A DNA stretch of 64,000 nt from an uncultured delta proteobacterium. Lineage in GTDB: Bacteria > Desulfobacterota > Binatia > UBA9968. The stretch is from assembly GCA_963755715.1 (NCBI GenBank), contig CAVWLW010000025.1, positions 64,001-128,000 on the forward strand, in the 5' to 3' direction. Positions 52,790 to 63,632 of the stretch are shown here, in pieces. Position numbers and translations under genes: made by a program. The notes beneath the pieces were generated by a model, which worked only from the letters and a program-made list of their open reading frames with translations, was not told the DNA's origin and did no database searches. Numbering within the stretch: position 1 is the first letter of the stretch; each line of letters starts with the position of its first letter.

Positions 52790-52984
52790 ATGGAGCTTCT
52801 AAAGCGTTTGTTAGTCGAGGAAGAAGGTCAGGGTTTAGTTGAGTACACCTTGATCGTTGTGCTGGTCGCCCTGGTTTTTTGGGTAGCTATTAAAAGTACC
52901 AATATCGGCAGTGGATTGGCTGCTGGCTGGAGCAAGGTCACTGATTGCGTTGGTACTCCGTCATCCTGTAATTCATCTTCGTAA
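52790..52984 (+). CDS. flp: Flp family (type IVc/Tad) major pilin
   Basis: EEEG|QGLVEY Flp motif followed by a hydrophobic helix. Confidence 0.92.
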   Translation: MELLKRLLVEEEGQGLVEYTLIVVLVALVFWVAIKSTNIGSGLAAGWSKVTDCVGTPSSCNSSS

Positions 52985-53000
52985 TTCCGAGTTGTTTCAA

Positions 53001-53047
53001 GAGCCTTGGCTCGAAAGCGGTCGCAAGGCCGTTTTCGGCCAAGGCTC
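53001..53047 (+). terminator. Long stem-loop downstream of flp (stabiliser or terminator)
   Basis: GAGCCTTGGC-TCGAAAGCGGTC-GCAA-GGCCGTTTTCG-GCCAAGGCTC. GNRA loop, no U-tract. Confidence 0.6.
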
Positions 53048-53076
53048 GAATGCGCCTCAACGTTTGCGGAAATTAA

Positions 53077-53105
53077 TTGACAAGGTTTTGGATGCAGTGT
53101 ACCCT
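53077..53105 (+). promoter_or_regulatory. Putative internal sigma70 promoter for cpaA/tad genes
   Basis: TTGACA-N17-TACCCT. Confidence 0.45.
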
Positions 53106-53141
53106 TTGGCGGTTAATAATAACGTTTTAAACATTTGAACC

Positions 53142-53675
53142 GTGTCGGACACCGTTATATTTGTGGTGAGCGGGCTGTCGGCTTTCTTCGATCTAAAGCT
53201 TAGAAGAATCCCGAACTGGCTTATCGCCACTGGTTTAGTATCTGGTGTTATATTAAACGCTTTTCACGGGTCATCTTATCTTTTGCAAAGCCTCTTGGGC
53301 TTTGTGGTTGGAGTCGCGGTGCTAATTCTTCCGTTCGCGTTTGGTTGGATCGGTGCGGGTGACGTAAAATTTTTCGGTGTCGTCGGCGCGCTTCTTGGCG
53401 TGTCATGGCTGCCGCGGGTTTTTTTCTATTCTGCATTGATCGCGGGATTGATTGCTGTCGGCTACCTCGCAATGGGTTTAGCTCATATCTCTCGTTTCAA
53501 AGAATTCTGGTTGAACATCAAAATTGCGATTCTTAGTATGGGAAGCGTCTTGCCTGATCCGGTGCACGTAAAGACCCGCGAGGGAGGCGGCTCGGTTCCC
53601 TGGGGAGTTGCCTTTGCGGCTGGAATGATAATCGCATACTATTTCGACTCTACTGGCCGATGGGCTGGCTTTTGA
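53142..53675 (+). CDS. cpaA: Prepilin peptidase A24 (CpaA/TadV)
   Basis: D..LRRIPN, GAGDVK, VPWGVAF. Confidence 0.88.
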   Translation: MSDTVIFVVSGLSAFFDLKLRRIPNWLIATGLVSGVILNAFHGSSYLLQSLLGFVVGVAVLILPFAFGWIGAGDVKFFGVVGALLGVSWLPRVFFYSALIAGLIAVGYLAMGLAHISRFKEFWLNIKIAILSMGSVLPDPVHVKTREGGGSVPWGVAFAAGMIIAYYFDSTGRWAGF

Positions 53676-53760
53676 TCGTAGTTTCGATTGGATCAAAGAG
53701 AGATTTTGAAGCGCGCTTAATAACTTTTGAGAGAATAAGGACCGTTGATGAGGAGCTGTT

Positions 53761-54591
53761 ATGCAGAATAGGTTAAAGATTGCGTTAGTGGTTGCAGTGT
53801 TTTTTGGTCTCATTGCCGCCTATGGGATATACAATTTTCTCAGCGAACGACAAAAAACGGAGGATACGCTGCGCGCGGCGAATCAGGAAATTGTTGTAGC
53901 CGCACAAGACATTCCACCGGGGACGATTTTCAACGAGGAAACGATGAAAAAAGGTTTGACCAAGACCACGCCTTGGCCGAAAACCTCGATACCAGCCGGT
54001 GCATTTTCGTCGCAGCAGCAAATCGTCGGCAAAGTAAATCGGGTAAAAATCTTGACGAATGAGCCAATTTTGGAATCGCGCCTCGCCGGCGAGGGCGCGG
54101 GATTAACGGTTCGATTGGAGGCCGGTAAGCGTGCCTTAGCCCTGCGAGTGGATGAGATCGTCGGTGTTAGCGGGTTTATTGTGCCGGATGACCGGGTCGA
54201 CATCATTCTAACGACGACGCCTCAGGGTGCTGCTGGGGATGCGAAGATTTCTAAGATCGTTTTACAAAATAAGCGGGTGTTATCGGTAGCTCAAAGCACG
54301 GAACAAAAAGACGGCAAGCCACAGCTCGCTCGGTCAATCACTCTCGAAGTAACTCCGGAAGAAGCGGAGAAGCTGTCGCTAGCATCGCAAGAGGGCCAAA
54401 TTGTTTTGGCTTTGCGTGGCCTTGGGGACGATGCGACTACGATGACCATCGGCAGCAATAAACGAGATTTGTTGGCGCTCGCGGCCGCGCCTCGCAAGGT
54501 CGGTGGCGGGCGTGTGGCGCAGCCGCCACCCCCGGATAAATATCGAGTCGAAGTCATCCACGGTAGCAATCGTAATGTGGTGGAATTCTAA
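53761..54591 (+). CDS. cpaB: Flp pilus assembly protein CpaB/RcpC
   Basis: SAF domain, GVSGFIVPDDRVD, LEVTPEEAEKL, LALR. Confidence 0.9.
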   Translation: MQNRLKIALVVAVFFGLIAAYGIYNFLSERQKTEDTLRAANQEIVVAAQDIPPGTIFNEETMKKGLTKTTPWPKTSIPAGAFSSQQQIVGKVNRVKILTNEPILESRLAGEGAGLTVRLEAGKRALALRVDEIVGVSGFIVPDDRVDIILTTTPQGAAGDAKISKIVLQNKRVLSVAQSTEQKDGKPQLARSITLEVTPEEAEKLSLASQEGQIVLALRGLGDDATTMTIGSNKRDLLALAAAPRKVGGGRVAQPPPPDKYRVEVIHGSNRNVVEF

Positions 54592-54608
54592 TGGTAAGGG
54601 GAGGGTTC

Positions 54609-56132
54609 ATGAGGCACTATTGTTTAGTCCCGGGGCGGCTAAATAAAGTAGTTCGTTTAGCGGCGATTTTTCTGTTGACCTTGGCGGTGTCCAAGTCGGG
54701 TGCGCAGTCGCAAACGGCACCGGCGATTACCGTCACTGTCAACAAATCGATGGTTTTCCGTCTCGCCGAAAGGGCTAAGCGCGTATCGGTTTCGCAACCG
54801 GAAGTGGCCGACGTTCTTGTGGTGGCGCCGAGTCAGCTGTTGATCAATGGCAAGAACGTGGGTACCACATCTCTCATCATCTTCGATGAGAAGGGCGAAG
54901 TATCGAACTACGATTTGATTGTCGCGCCCGATATTTCTGCGTTACGCGGGCAGCTAAGAGCGATTTTTCCCAATGAAAAAGTTGATATCTCGACATCCGG
55001 GCCGTCTTTGGTCCTGCGCGGAGAGGTGTCCAACGAAGTCGTTTACGACCGGGTATTGGAAGTCGTCGCGACCTATCTCCCGCCCAAGCCTCCCGCGGCT
55101 GTAGCGCCTTCCACAAGCACGTCTTTTACTATTGGAGCGAGTCCTCTCGCACAGATTTCGAGCTCGGGAGTTGGCTTTGCCAGTGGCGGAACGTTGGCCT
55201 TTACCGAGGAAACATCCATCACCGACACATATCGCTGGAGTGACAAGAAAAAAATCGACGGAGTCATCGATTTGCTGGTCATTAGAGAAATCCGCCAAAT
55301 TGAGCTGGACGTCATCGTGGCCGATGTTTCAATGACCAAACTCCGAGAGATCGGCCTTGATATTTTTCAGAACTACCGCAATGTGGGGTTCAATAGTTTG
55401 ATCGGTAGCAATGCATTTGGGCTTCTGCTTCAACATACCGGCGGAACATCCACCCCAGCACTCAACGTTCCTCCCCTGACTGGTGCTTTTTCGTATGTTA
55501 ATGGCGCGTATCAGTTACTAACATTGTATCGAGCGCTACAAAATAAAGATATAGCTCAGATACTTGCACAGCCGCGGCTTGTGGTGAAAAACGGCAAGAG
55601 TGGCGGCTTTTTATCTGGCGGAGAAGTCCCTATCATCACAACCACAGCAAACACGTTTGGCGTGATCTATAAACCCTTCGGTGTTCGGCTTGATTTTATT
55701 CCGACAATTACTTTGTCGGATAGAATTGATCTCCGGGTGTTTCCGGAGGTCAGCGATATAGCTGCCGGTATCGGTACAGGTACCCCTAGTTTTGTGGTCC
55801 GTCGAACCATAAGCCGGGTCGAGATGAAGGAAGGTGAGAGCTTGATTATCGGAGGCTTGTTAGATCAGAGAGTCGTCAAGGATCTAACGAAATTTCCATT
55901 TTTGGGCGACGTGCCAATTTTGGGCGCCCTCTTTAGAAGTACAAAGTTCAACAACAAAGAGTCGGAGCTCGTTTTCGTGATCACGCCGCGTATCGTGCGG
56001 ACGATGAAGCCGGGCGAAAAACCGCAGCTGCCGAGCCTCGAAAAATTCGATGATCCGGATATGCGCCAGGTGCCGGTGCCGGGTGGTTCGGACGAAAAGA
56101 AAACACCACCCCGTGGCGCCTCGATACCTTGA
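54609..56132 (+). CDS. cpaC: Tad secretin CpaC/RcpA
   Basis: T2SS/T3SS pilus N-domain, FLSGGEVP, GVRLDF.P, KFPFLGDVPILGALF, ELVFVITP. Confidence 0.9.
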   Translation: MRHYCLVPGRLNKVVRLAAIFLLTLAVSKSGAQSQTAPAITVTVNKSMVFRLAERAKRVSVSQPEVADVLVVAPSQLLINGKNVGTTSLIIFDEKGEVSNYDLIVAPDISALRGQLRAIFPNEKVDISTSGPSLVLRGEVSNEVVYDRVLEVVATYLPPKPPAAVAPSTSTSFTIGASPLAQISSSGVGFASGGTLAFTEETSITDTYRWSDKKKIDGVIDLLVIREIRQIELDVIVADVSMTKLREIGLDIFQNYRNVGFNSLIGSNAFGLLLQHTGGTSTPALNVPPLTGAFSYVNGAYQLLTLYRALQNKDIAQILAQPRLVVKNGKSGGFLSGGEVPIITTTANTFGVIYKPFGVRLDFIPTITLSDRIDLRVFPEVSDIAAGIGTGTPSFVVRRTISRVEMKEGESLIIGGLLDQRVVKDLTKFPFLGDVPILGALFRSTKFNNKESELVFVITPRIVRTMKPGEKPQLPSLEKFDDPDMRQVPVPGGSDEKKTPPRGASIP

Positions 56133-56203
56133 GGTAAGTAAGCGCGTCGCTCTTGCGTAACCGATACACGATGATATGGCATCCAGCTAGATAGAACACG
56201 GGC

Positions 56204-57424
56204 ATGAAGTTACCAATTTGTTTGATCGGCGAAGACAGTCTGGCTCTGGCTTCTTTAAAGCAGCAGCTTGAAAGGGAGTCGTCGGTATCGGTCGAGCCGC
56301 GGGTGTTCAGCTACGGCGAGGCTTTTGACGGATTGAAAACTCGTAGTGGCTCGATTGTCGCCGTGGTGGATATCAATCTCGATCCCGAGCGGGCTTTCAA
56401 TGTAGCGGAGCAAATTAAGCTGAGACTGCCGAATGTGCGATTGGTGATGACTTCGCCGACCGGCGCGCCCGACACGATTCTTCGCGCGATGCGCTCAGGC
56501 GCCGAAGAATTTCTTACGCAACCTTTTAATTGGACCGAAGTTCTAAAATCATTCGATACGATTCGAAAAAAGGTTGACGTGCATACGTCGAAGGGGAGTG
56601 AGCGGGGGCATATCCTTGCAATCTCATCCAACAAAGGCGGCGTCGGTTCGACGACGGCAGCGACAAACTTGGCTGCAACTTTGGTTGCGCAAAAAAAATC
56701 GGTTTGCTTGGTCGATCTAGTATTGCAATTCGGATCGGTGACTAGCTTTCTCAATATCGATGCGTCCTACACGATCCTAGACTTAGTTAAAAACCTGAAA
56801 CGGATCGATCCGCTTTTTCTCGACGGGTCCTTGGTTAAGCATGCTTCCGGAATCAGGGTGTTGGCGGAGCCCTTTTACGCGGAAGATGCGCGGAGGATCA
56901 CGCCCGCGGATATCGACGAAATCTTGGAAGTGTTGGCCCAGTCGTTTGACTTTGTCGTGGTTGATACGCCGAAGGAGTTCGACGACATGCTCGCGCTCGT
57001 TTTAGATAAAGCGAATTTGATTCTCTTTATCACTGAAATGGACGTGCCTTCACTCAAGAGCGCTCATCGAGCTTTGGAGCTCTTCGAGCGTATGGGTATC
57101 TATGACAAGAAAATTCGTTTGATTCTCAACCGGTACGTCAAGAGTAAGTTGATGACCTTGGAGTCTGTAGAAAAAGCGCTCGGAGTGAAAGTGTTTTGGA
57201 CGTTGCCGAATAATTACCCTGTTGCTATTGCAGCCGTTAATCAAGGCTTGTCGATACAGGAATGCGATCCTAAGGCCGATATTTCGAAGAGCTATTCAGG
57301 TCTTACTGATGCGGTGCTCAATACATTTTTGTTTTCCGGGTCGTCGCGAGCGGAAATAGGCGACGACAAAAGATCGGGTTTGCTCGGTCGGTTTCTACCA
57401 CCGGTGCGTGGATTAACTAAGTAA
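56204..57424 (+). CDS. cpaE: CpaE/TadZ (REC-like + MinD/ParA ATPase)
   Basis: [20 protein letters not shown]. Confidence 0.85.
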   Translation: MKLPICLIGEDSLALASLKQQLERESSVSVEPRVFSYGEAFDGLKTRSGSIVAVVDINLDPERAFNVAEQIKLRLPNVRLVMTSPTGAPDTILRAMRSGAEEFLTQPFNWTEVLKSFDTIRKKVDVHTSKGSERGHILAISSNKGGVGSTTAATNLAATLVAQKKSVCLVDLVLQFGSVTSFLNIDASYTILDLVKNLKRIDPLFLDGSLVKHASGIRVLAEPFYAEDARRITPADIDEILEVLAQSFDFVVVDTPKEFDDMLALVLDKANLILFITEMDVPSLKSAHRALELFERMGIYDKKIRLILNRYVKSKLMTLESVEKALGVKVFWTLPNNYPVAIAAVNQGLSIQECDPKADISKSYSGLTDAVLNTFLFSGSSRAEIGDDKRSGLLGRFLPPVRGLTK

Positions 57425-57434
57425 GGGGCGATTT

Positions 57435-58826
57435 ATGAAAAATCCGTCATTCGATTCAGACAAAGACCGGTGGGAAACAGATAGAAGCGCAGGTGACGGC
57501 GGCAGAGCCCCGCTCAGATCCCTGCAGACGACAAGCCCGGATATCATTCTGCAGGATCTAAGGCTGCGCATTCATCGAAAACTCATCGATACCTTGGATC
57601 TCTCCAAGCTGTCTAACCTGGAAATGGAGCGGGTTCGAGTAGAGATTCGGCGCATTCTGGAAGACATTGTCCTGACCGAGGCGATTCCGCTCAGTCGAGC
57701 TGACCGCGACCGCCTCGTGATGGAAGTTCAGCATGAGGTCTTTGGCTTAGGTCCGCTGGAAAGCCTCATGAAGGATCCGGAGATCTCTGATATTTTGGTC
57801 AATTCATCGAGCCAAATCTACGTCGAGCGCTACGGCAAGCTGGAAAAAACCGACGTGCGTTTTCGCGACGACGCGCATCTAATGCAGATCATCGAACGTA
57901 TCGTCACCCGGGTGGGACGACGTGTAGATGAGAGCTCGCCGATGGTCGATGCCAGGTTGGCTGACGGATCTCGCGTTAACGCGATTATCCCGCCATTGGC
58001 TTTAGACGGTCCCGTACTGTCCATCCGTCGGTTTGGCGCCGAGCGCCTCACCATTAACGACCTCATTCAATTTAATTCGATCCCGCCGCAGATGGCGGAG
58101 GTCGCGGCAGCCTGCGTGAAATCACGGCTTAACATGATCGTTTCCGGCGGCACGGGTGCAGGTAAAACCACGTTGCTCAATTGCTTATCTAATTACATTC
58201 CGGAAAACGAGCGCATTGTGACCATCGAGGACTCCGCCGAATTGAAACTGCAGCAGGAACACGTAGTGCGGCTTGAGACCCGACCGCCGAATATCGAGGG
58301 CCAAGGCGCCGTGACCGCCAGAGACCTGGTACGAAACGCCTTGCGTATGAGACCGGATCGCATCGTCATCGGCGAGGTGCGCGGTGGTGAGGCGCTCGAC
58401 ATGATGCAGGCGATGAACACCGGTCATGACGGTTCAATCAGTACGGTCCACGCCAATAGCGCGCGTGACGCGCTGTCCCGTCTGGAAACGATGATGCTGA
58501 TGGCGGGAATAAACTTACCGGAAAGGGCCTTGCGTGAACAGTCCGCCGCGGCCATAGATGTCATCCTTCAGCTCACCCGCTTGAACGACGGCAGCCGGAA
58601 AGTTATCGAGTTTTCCGAAGTCACCGGAATGGAAGGAAGTACAATCACTACGCAAACGATCTTCAAGTTCGAACAGAGAGGCATGGAGAACGGTAAGGTC
58701 GTCGGTGAATTCGTTGCCACCGGTGTGATGCCGTCGTTTATGGATCGACTCGAGAGATACGGTTTTAGGATTCCCAACAGTCACTTTTTACCCGTAGCAA
58801 TGGGAGCAAAAAGAAGGGCGCTATGA
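57435..58826 (+). CDS. cpaF: Tad ATPase CpaF/TadA
   Basis: [37 protein letters not shown]. Confidence 0.95.
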   Translation: MKNPSFDSDKDRWETDRSAGDGGRAPLRSLQTTSPDIILQDLRLRIHRKLIDTLDLSKLSNLEMERVRVEIRRILEDIVLTEAIPLSRADRDRLVMEVQHEVFGLGPLESLMKDPEISDILVNSSSQIYVERYGKLEKTDVRFRDDAHLMQIIERIVTRVGRRVDESSPMVDARLADGSRVNAIIPPLALDGPVLSIRRFGAERLTINDLIQFNSIPPQMAEVAAACVKSRLNMIVSGGTGAGKTTLLNCLSNYIPENERIVTIEDSAELKLQQEHVVRLETRPPNIEGQGAVTARDLVRNALRMRPDRIVIGEVRGGEALDMMQAMNTGHDGSISTVHANSARDALSRLETMMLMAGINLPERALREQSAAAIDVILQLTRLNDGSRKVIEFSEVTGMEGSTITTQTIFKFEQRGMENGKVVGEFVATGVMPSFMDRLERYGFRIPNSHFLPVAMGAKRRAL

Positions 58827-59797
58827 GTTTACTTCTCATCAGCATATTCTCCTTTCTCGCGGCAGTGTCTTTGATCGTGATACTTTTCATGCTGCCGATG
58901 GCGGTCCAGGATTCAGCCCAGGCGAGAATCAAGCGGCGGCTCACGACGATCGGCCGGTTCGACCAAGCTTCGCGAGCCGAGATGCAGAGTATTCTCAAAA
59001 CTTCGATTTATAGCGAGATTCCTTGGGTCAATGAGCTGTTGTCGCGGTGGAAATTTATTCACAGCATCGATCTCCGGCTCGAGCGGGCGAACGTAGATAT
59101 GACGCCTGGGATGTTTCTTCTCTGCTCGGTCGGCGCGGGCGGCGTTGCCTTTTTTCTCGCGGCGATCTTGGGCCAACCGACGGTGATGTGTTTCATTTTC
59201 GGTTTGATCGCGATGTTCTGTCCCTCCATTTATCTTCAGTTTATCATTTGGAAGCGCTTGAGAAAGTTTCTCGAGCAATTTCCCGATGGGCTCGATATGA
59301 TCGCCCAGAGTCTGCAAGCCGGCTTGGGGTTGACCCAGGCGATGGTCTTCGTCGCGAAAGAAGTGCCGGATCCGATGGGAACTGAGTTTTCCGTGTTTAT
59401 CGAAGAGGTGAATCTCGGCTTGCCGCTCGGCGACGCACTAAAAAAATTCGAAGAACGCATGAATTTACCCGAGGTGCGTCTCTTCAACACCGCCTTGATG
59501 GTGCAACGCGAAGTTGGCGGTAGTCTTGCTGAATTGCTAACCAAGCTGTCGACCATCATTCGAGACCGTTTCCGCATCGAGCGCTTGATCAAGAGCTTAA
59601 CCGCGCAGAATCGCATCAGCGCCTGGACGGTCTGCTCCGTCCCGCCGTTTCTGGCGTTCTTTATGTTTATCCGCGAGCCCGTGATGATGAACAAGTTTAT
59701 GCAAAATCCCATAGGCCGGAGCCTGCTGGGGGCGGCGCTGTTTTTGGAAGTCTGCGGCATCCTGGTGTTTCGTAAGATTATCAAAATTCATATCTAG
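58823..59797 (+). CDS. tadB: Tad inner-membrane platform protein TadB
   Basis: QFPDGLD...[13 protein letters not shown]2SSF domain. Confidence 0.88.
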   Translation: MSLLLISIFSFLAAVSLIVILFMLPMAVQDSAQARIKRRLTTIGRFDQASRAEMQSILKTSIYSEIPWVNELLSRWKFIHSIDLRLERANVDMTPGMFLLCSVGAGGVAFFLAAILGQPTVMCFIFGLIAMFCPSIYLQFIIWKRLRKFLEQFPDGLDMIAQSLQAGLGLTQAMVFVAKEVPDPMGTEFSVFIEEVNLGLPLGDALKKFEERMNLPEVRLFNTALMVQREVGGSLAELLTKLSTIIRDRFRIERLIKSLTAQNRISAWTVCSVPPFLAFFMFIREPVMMNKFMQNPIGRSLLGAALFLEVCGILVFRKIIKIHI

Positions 59798-59808
59798 GAA
59801 TTTATTTT

Positions 59809-60738
59809 ATGGAACTGTTAATCGCTGTCGGCTTCTTTGGTTTGATAACGGCGCTCGTGTATTTCGTGATTGCCTCCAAGGCGCCGGTGGCTGAGGACGC
59901 CATTCAACGGCGTCTGGAGAGTATCGGTTTGCAAACCGAATCAAGAGCCCAGGTGCGGCTCCACGACACGGAAGAAATAACGTTTTGGGAACGGGTTGCC
60001 AATTTCTTTTTCGGTGATCGGGAGCTGCCGGAGCGCTTTAATCTGGCGAGCAAACGTCTGCATCAGGCGGGTTACCGCGGCAATCGAGCCGTGCGTATTT
60101 TCTGGGGTCTCAGAATTTTTCTCGCCATCGCCCTCGCTTTCGGCGGTATGTTTATGGCGCTCACGTCCGGCGCCGCGATGAGTGATTTTCTAATGCTCAG
60201 CGCCGCCGGTGCGGCAACGGGTTATATGCTGCCGTTTATTACGGTGCTCCGTAAATCGCGCGCCCGAGTGCGCGAGATGCGCGAAACGCTGCCGGACACG
60301 CTGGATTTGATTGTCGTCTGCGTCGAGGCAGGAATGGGCGTCGATGCCGCGTTGAACCGCGTCGGCAAGGAACAAAACTCGCAGCAGCTGGCGCTCGGCG
60401 AGGAGCTAATGCTCACCACCCAGGAAATGCAGGCCGGTTCGGTGCGCAAAGATGCCTTGATTCGGCTGGCGGAGAGAGTCGGTATCGAAGAGTTTCGCGC
60501 TCTCGTGACGTTTCTCACCCAGACGGAGGAAATGGGTGGTAGCATCGCGCGCTCGCTGCGCGTCTACGCCGAGACGATGCGCGACAAGCGCAGCCAGGCG
60601 GCGGAAGAAGCCGCCCGCAAGACGGTTATTAAACTGATTTTTCCATTGGTATTCTTTATTCTCCCGGCGATTTTTATTATTCTGCTCGGACCTCCGGGGC
60701 TGGGGATCGTGGAAATGCTTGCGAACCCATTGAATTGA
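59809..60738 (+). CDS. tadC: Tad inner-membrane platform protein TadC
   Basis: LPDTLDL..VCVEAG, AEEAA, KLIFPLV. Confidence 0.88.
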   Translation: MELLIAVGFFGLITALVYFVIASKAPVAEDAIQRRLESIGLQTESRAQVRLHDTEEITFWERVANFFFGDRELPERFNLASKRLHQAGYRGNRAVRIFWGLRIFLAIALAFGGMFMALTSGAAMSDFLMLSAAGAATGYMLPFITVLRKSRARVREMRETLPDTLDLIVVCVEAGMGVDAALNRVGKEQNSQQLALGEELMLTTQEMQAGSVRKDALIRLAERVGIEEFRALVTFLTQTEEMGGSIARSLRVYAETMRDKRSQAAEEAARKTVIKLIFPLVFFILPAIFIILLGPPGLGIVEMLANPLN

Positions 60739-60742
60739 GTAC

Positions 60743-61153
60743 TTGGAATTGGTCGTGCCGGTCATTAATTTAACCAAAGAGACTTGGCTTGCCACCAAGG
60801 TACGGAAGGCGGACAACTTTCTCACGCGGCTGGTGGGCTTATTGAAACGGACGAATCTCGGACCCGAAGAGGCTTTGTGGTTGATGCCTAGCCGTGGGAT
60901 TCACACGATCGGGATGAAGTTTCCGATCGACATCGTATTTTTAAACAAGAGCCATCATGTCGTTGGACTGATGGCCGGGCTGGCGCCCTACAGAATAAGC
61001 CCGGTTCATTTTAACGGCTATAGCGTGCTGGAGTTGCCCAATGGCACGATCAAGAAATCGCGCACCGAGATCGGCGATCAATTTGAGATTTCACTAGTGG
61101 AGACTTCCGAGATCGACGATTTGAGGGATACGCGGTTGAGTAAGATAGGTTGA
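60743..61153 (+). CDS. DUF192 domain protein
   Basis: R..GLL, IHTIGMKFPIDIVFL, VLELP.G. Confidence 0.8.
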   Translation: MELVVPVINLTKETWLATKVRKADNFLTRLVGLLKRTNLGPEEALWLMPSRGIHTIGMKFPIDIVFLNKSHHVVGLMAGLAPYRISPVHFNGYSVLELPNGTIKKSRTEIGDQFEISLVETSEIDDLRDTRLSKIG

Positions 61154-61385
61154 AAATACCGGCCACGAACTTCCATATTGCTGCAGACGATGGATCACTC
61201 ATTGGATTTTTAACAATTTGAATCTAGGCACTATTGCCCGGATTAGATGCGAGGGCTTCTTTGGAGCAAGTATGCCCGAGCCAGATGGCTGCCAACTCAA
61301 GACAAGCCAGCGCGGACCAAGACGAAGGTGTTTCATAGCGCCCGGCACAATTCGTGAAGGGGCAAAGGAACAATGGGAAGACAGA

Positions 61386-61898
61386 ATGTTGACGAGTACC
61401 AGTCATCCCCGCTTGCGTCCCGTACAATCTGCCATGCGTATCTGTTGCGACAATAGAGGCCAAGCTCTGGTCGAGTTCACGCTCGTTTTCATTCTCCTGC
61501 TCGTTATTGCTTGGATACCTGCGGACTTTGGTTTGGCATTCTATACGGGTCAACTTGCATTGAACGCGTCTCGGGAAGGAGCGAGGGTCGCATCCGCGAC
61601 TATCCCGTTTGATTCGACGGAATCTACCACTCAAACCTGCAGAAGACTGTCTTCAGCGTTTCTATTAGACCCTGGTTCGGCTTTCGGCACTAGCTGCTCG
61701 CCCTATTCACAGGCGCGTGTCGCTGTCACTGCACCGACCGGGGTCACCTGTAATCAACAGCTAACAGTGACTGTTACAGGAGATTACAATTACTGGTTTT
61801 ACGGTCTTCTACGATTTTTGGGCGCATCTGTTCCGCAAAACGTTCGAATAACGCGGTCGACTCAGATGCGCTGGGAGCATCAAGATCCGTGCACATGA
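61386..61898 (+). CDS. TadE-like pseudopilin
   Basis: RG|QALVEF, ASREGAR. Start uncertain. Confidence 0.8.
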   Translation: MLTSTSHPRLRPVQSAMRICCDNRGQALVEFTLVFILLLVIAWIPADFGLAFYTGQLALNASREGARVASATIPFDSTESTTQTCRRLSSAFLLDPGSAFGTSCSPYSQARVAVTAPTGVTCNQQLTVTVTGDYNYWFYGLLRFLGASVPQNVRITRSTQMRWEHQDPCT

Positions 61899-62440
61899 TT
61901 AGTCTCATGAAAATGTTACCGCTGGATAATATATCTATGAGCGCTAGAAAAATTTTGCTCAATAAGCGGGGACAAAGCATTGTCGAAATTGCCCTGATCA
62001 CGCCATTACTACTCGTTGCCTTGTACGTAGCCATGGACTTCGGGATTTTGTTTTTTACGGCCCATTACACACAAAACGCAGTCCGTGAAGCGGCGAGAAT
62101 TGGCTCCATTCTGCCCGACTGCGCGACTGGCGCTCCGGTTCCTTGTGTCACGACGGTTGCGGCGCAGAGCTGTCCCGGTACCGACACTGTCGTTCAAGAA
62201 GCTTGTAACCGACTCACGAATCGCCTGACAGGCACGACTGTGGCGGTTACTTTGACCGGAACCTATAATCCGCCCACCTGTATGCGGGAGCTCAAGGTGA
62301 CTGCGAGTGGAACTTACGCTTATGGTCTTTACAGGGTGATAACATTATTTGGAATGCCTGTTCCAACAAACCCGACTGTAAGCCGTTCCGCAGATTTGCG
62401 ATATCAAGGTCAACCAGTCACGGTGACCGGCGCATGTTGA
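61889..62440 (+). CDS. TadE/TadF-like pseudopilin
   Basis: RG|QSIVEIA, AVREAAR, Cys-rich. Start likely 61907-61937. Confidence 0.8.
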   Translation: MHMISLMKMLPLDNISMSARKILLNKRGQSIVEIALITPLLLVALYVAMDFGILFFTAHYTQNAVREAARIGSILPDCATGAPVPCVTTVAAQSCPGTDTVVQEACNRLTNRLTGTTVAVTLTGTYNPPTCMRELKVTASGTYAYGLYRVITLFGMPVPTNPTVSRSADLRYQGQPVTVTGAC

Positions 62441-62457
62441 GCGAATAGGAGACGCGT

Positions 62458-63552
62458 ATGACTAAACTTCGAAACGATTCCGGATCGGTTCTCGTATTCA
62501 TCACGCTCATGATCGTGCTGCTAATGATTATGGTGGGCATGGGATTGGACACGGGAATGCTCACCTACAGCCGGAGCGTGGGGCAGCGAGCAGTGGATAT
62601 GGCTGCGCTCGCTGGGGCGGCTGGACTCGCAAAGGTGGACGCCAACGCAGTCAAAAGCAATATTGAACAGCTAAACGCGAGTAACGATTATGTCAATAGT
62701 ACAGGCAACTCCATCAACGGCACTGTCAACGGTAAAAACGTAACATTGCTGACGTATGATTTTAAAGCCAATCAAATTACGGGCACTACGACTGACATCA
62801 CAAAAGCCACAGCCGTTCGAGTGGCCTTAGAGACTACTAATCCGTACACGACAGGAAGTTCAAACAGCGCGGTTAACACGCCAGCCTTCCTCACGCCGCT
62901 CTTGAACTTGTTAGGTAGCAGTGCATCAGGATCGAACAACGTCAATGTTAGCGCCGTTGCAGTCATATACGGTCAACCGGGGCTCCCCATCGCTCTAAAT
63001 GGCTGTAATGCTGCGTGGGCCGGCACAAACCAGGCAATTCCTTGGAATCAAACTCCGAGCGGGGGATCAAATCCGAATAATTCAGGATGGACAACTTACC
63101 TTGATAACTCAGTAAGCAGTCCGGATGTAAAAGCCCTCATCCATAGGATTGCGGCATGCCAGGGTACGGGCGTAGTTAACATTGGTACCCCTATTTGTCT
63201 TAACAACGGCTCACAAACCCCGGATTTACGGGAATTCGAAACGCTGATCGGTACCAATCCAGACGGGACGCCGAAGTGCTATCTTACCCCAATTGTTCCT
63301 TCGACTACCAACTTTACCGGCTGTGATAACGCGATACAGGCGTACGCGCAGATCTGTCCTTTGGCGATCTGTGGTCCCGGGGTGAACGGCAATGTAAATC
63401 AAAACTTATGCACGCAACCAAACAGTTTTGGTAAGTATGTCTTTGCAACTGTCAAAAGCTGCAATGTTGGGGATCCTAACAAGCCGGGTCTAACCTCGTG
63501 TTATTCGCTTCGGTTGGTAAGGGAAAACAATGCCTGGACGACAAACTATTGA
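62458..63552 (+). CDS. TadG-like minor pilin/tip adhesin
   Basis: SG|SVLV hydrophobic N-terminus, D.G, DMAALAGA, and an Asn/Thr/Cys-rich C-terminal domain. Confidence 0.8.
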   Translation: MTKLRNDSGSVLVFITLMIVLLMIMVGMGLDTGMLTYSRSVGQRAVDMAALAGAAGLAKVDANAVKSNIEQLNASNDYVNSTGNSINGTVNGKNVTLLTYDFKANQITGTTTDITKATAVRVALETTNPYTTGSSNSAVNTPAFLTPLLNLLGSSASGSNNVNVSAVAVIYGQPGLPIALNGCNAAWAGTNQAIPWNQTPSGGSNPNNSGWTTYLDNSVSSPDVKALIHRIAACQGTGVVNIGTPICLNNGSQTPDLREFETLIGTNPDGTPKCYLTPIVPSTTNFTGCDNAIQAYAQICPLAICGPGVNGNVNQNLCTQPNSFGKYVFATVKSCNVGDPNKPGLTSCYSLRLVRENNAWTTNY

Positions 63553-63632
63553 GCCCTAAAATTTGCCATATGCCCTCTCGTTTCCGTCGTGTTTTTGTTT
63601 GAAAAGGCGCCTTTGATTGTCTGACTGCAAGC

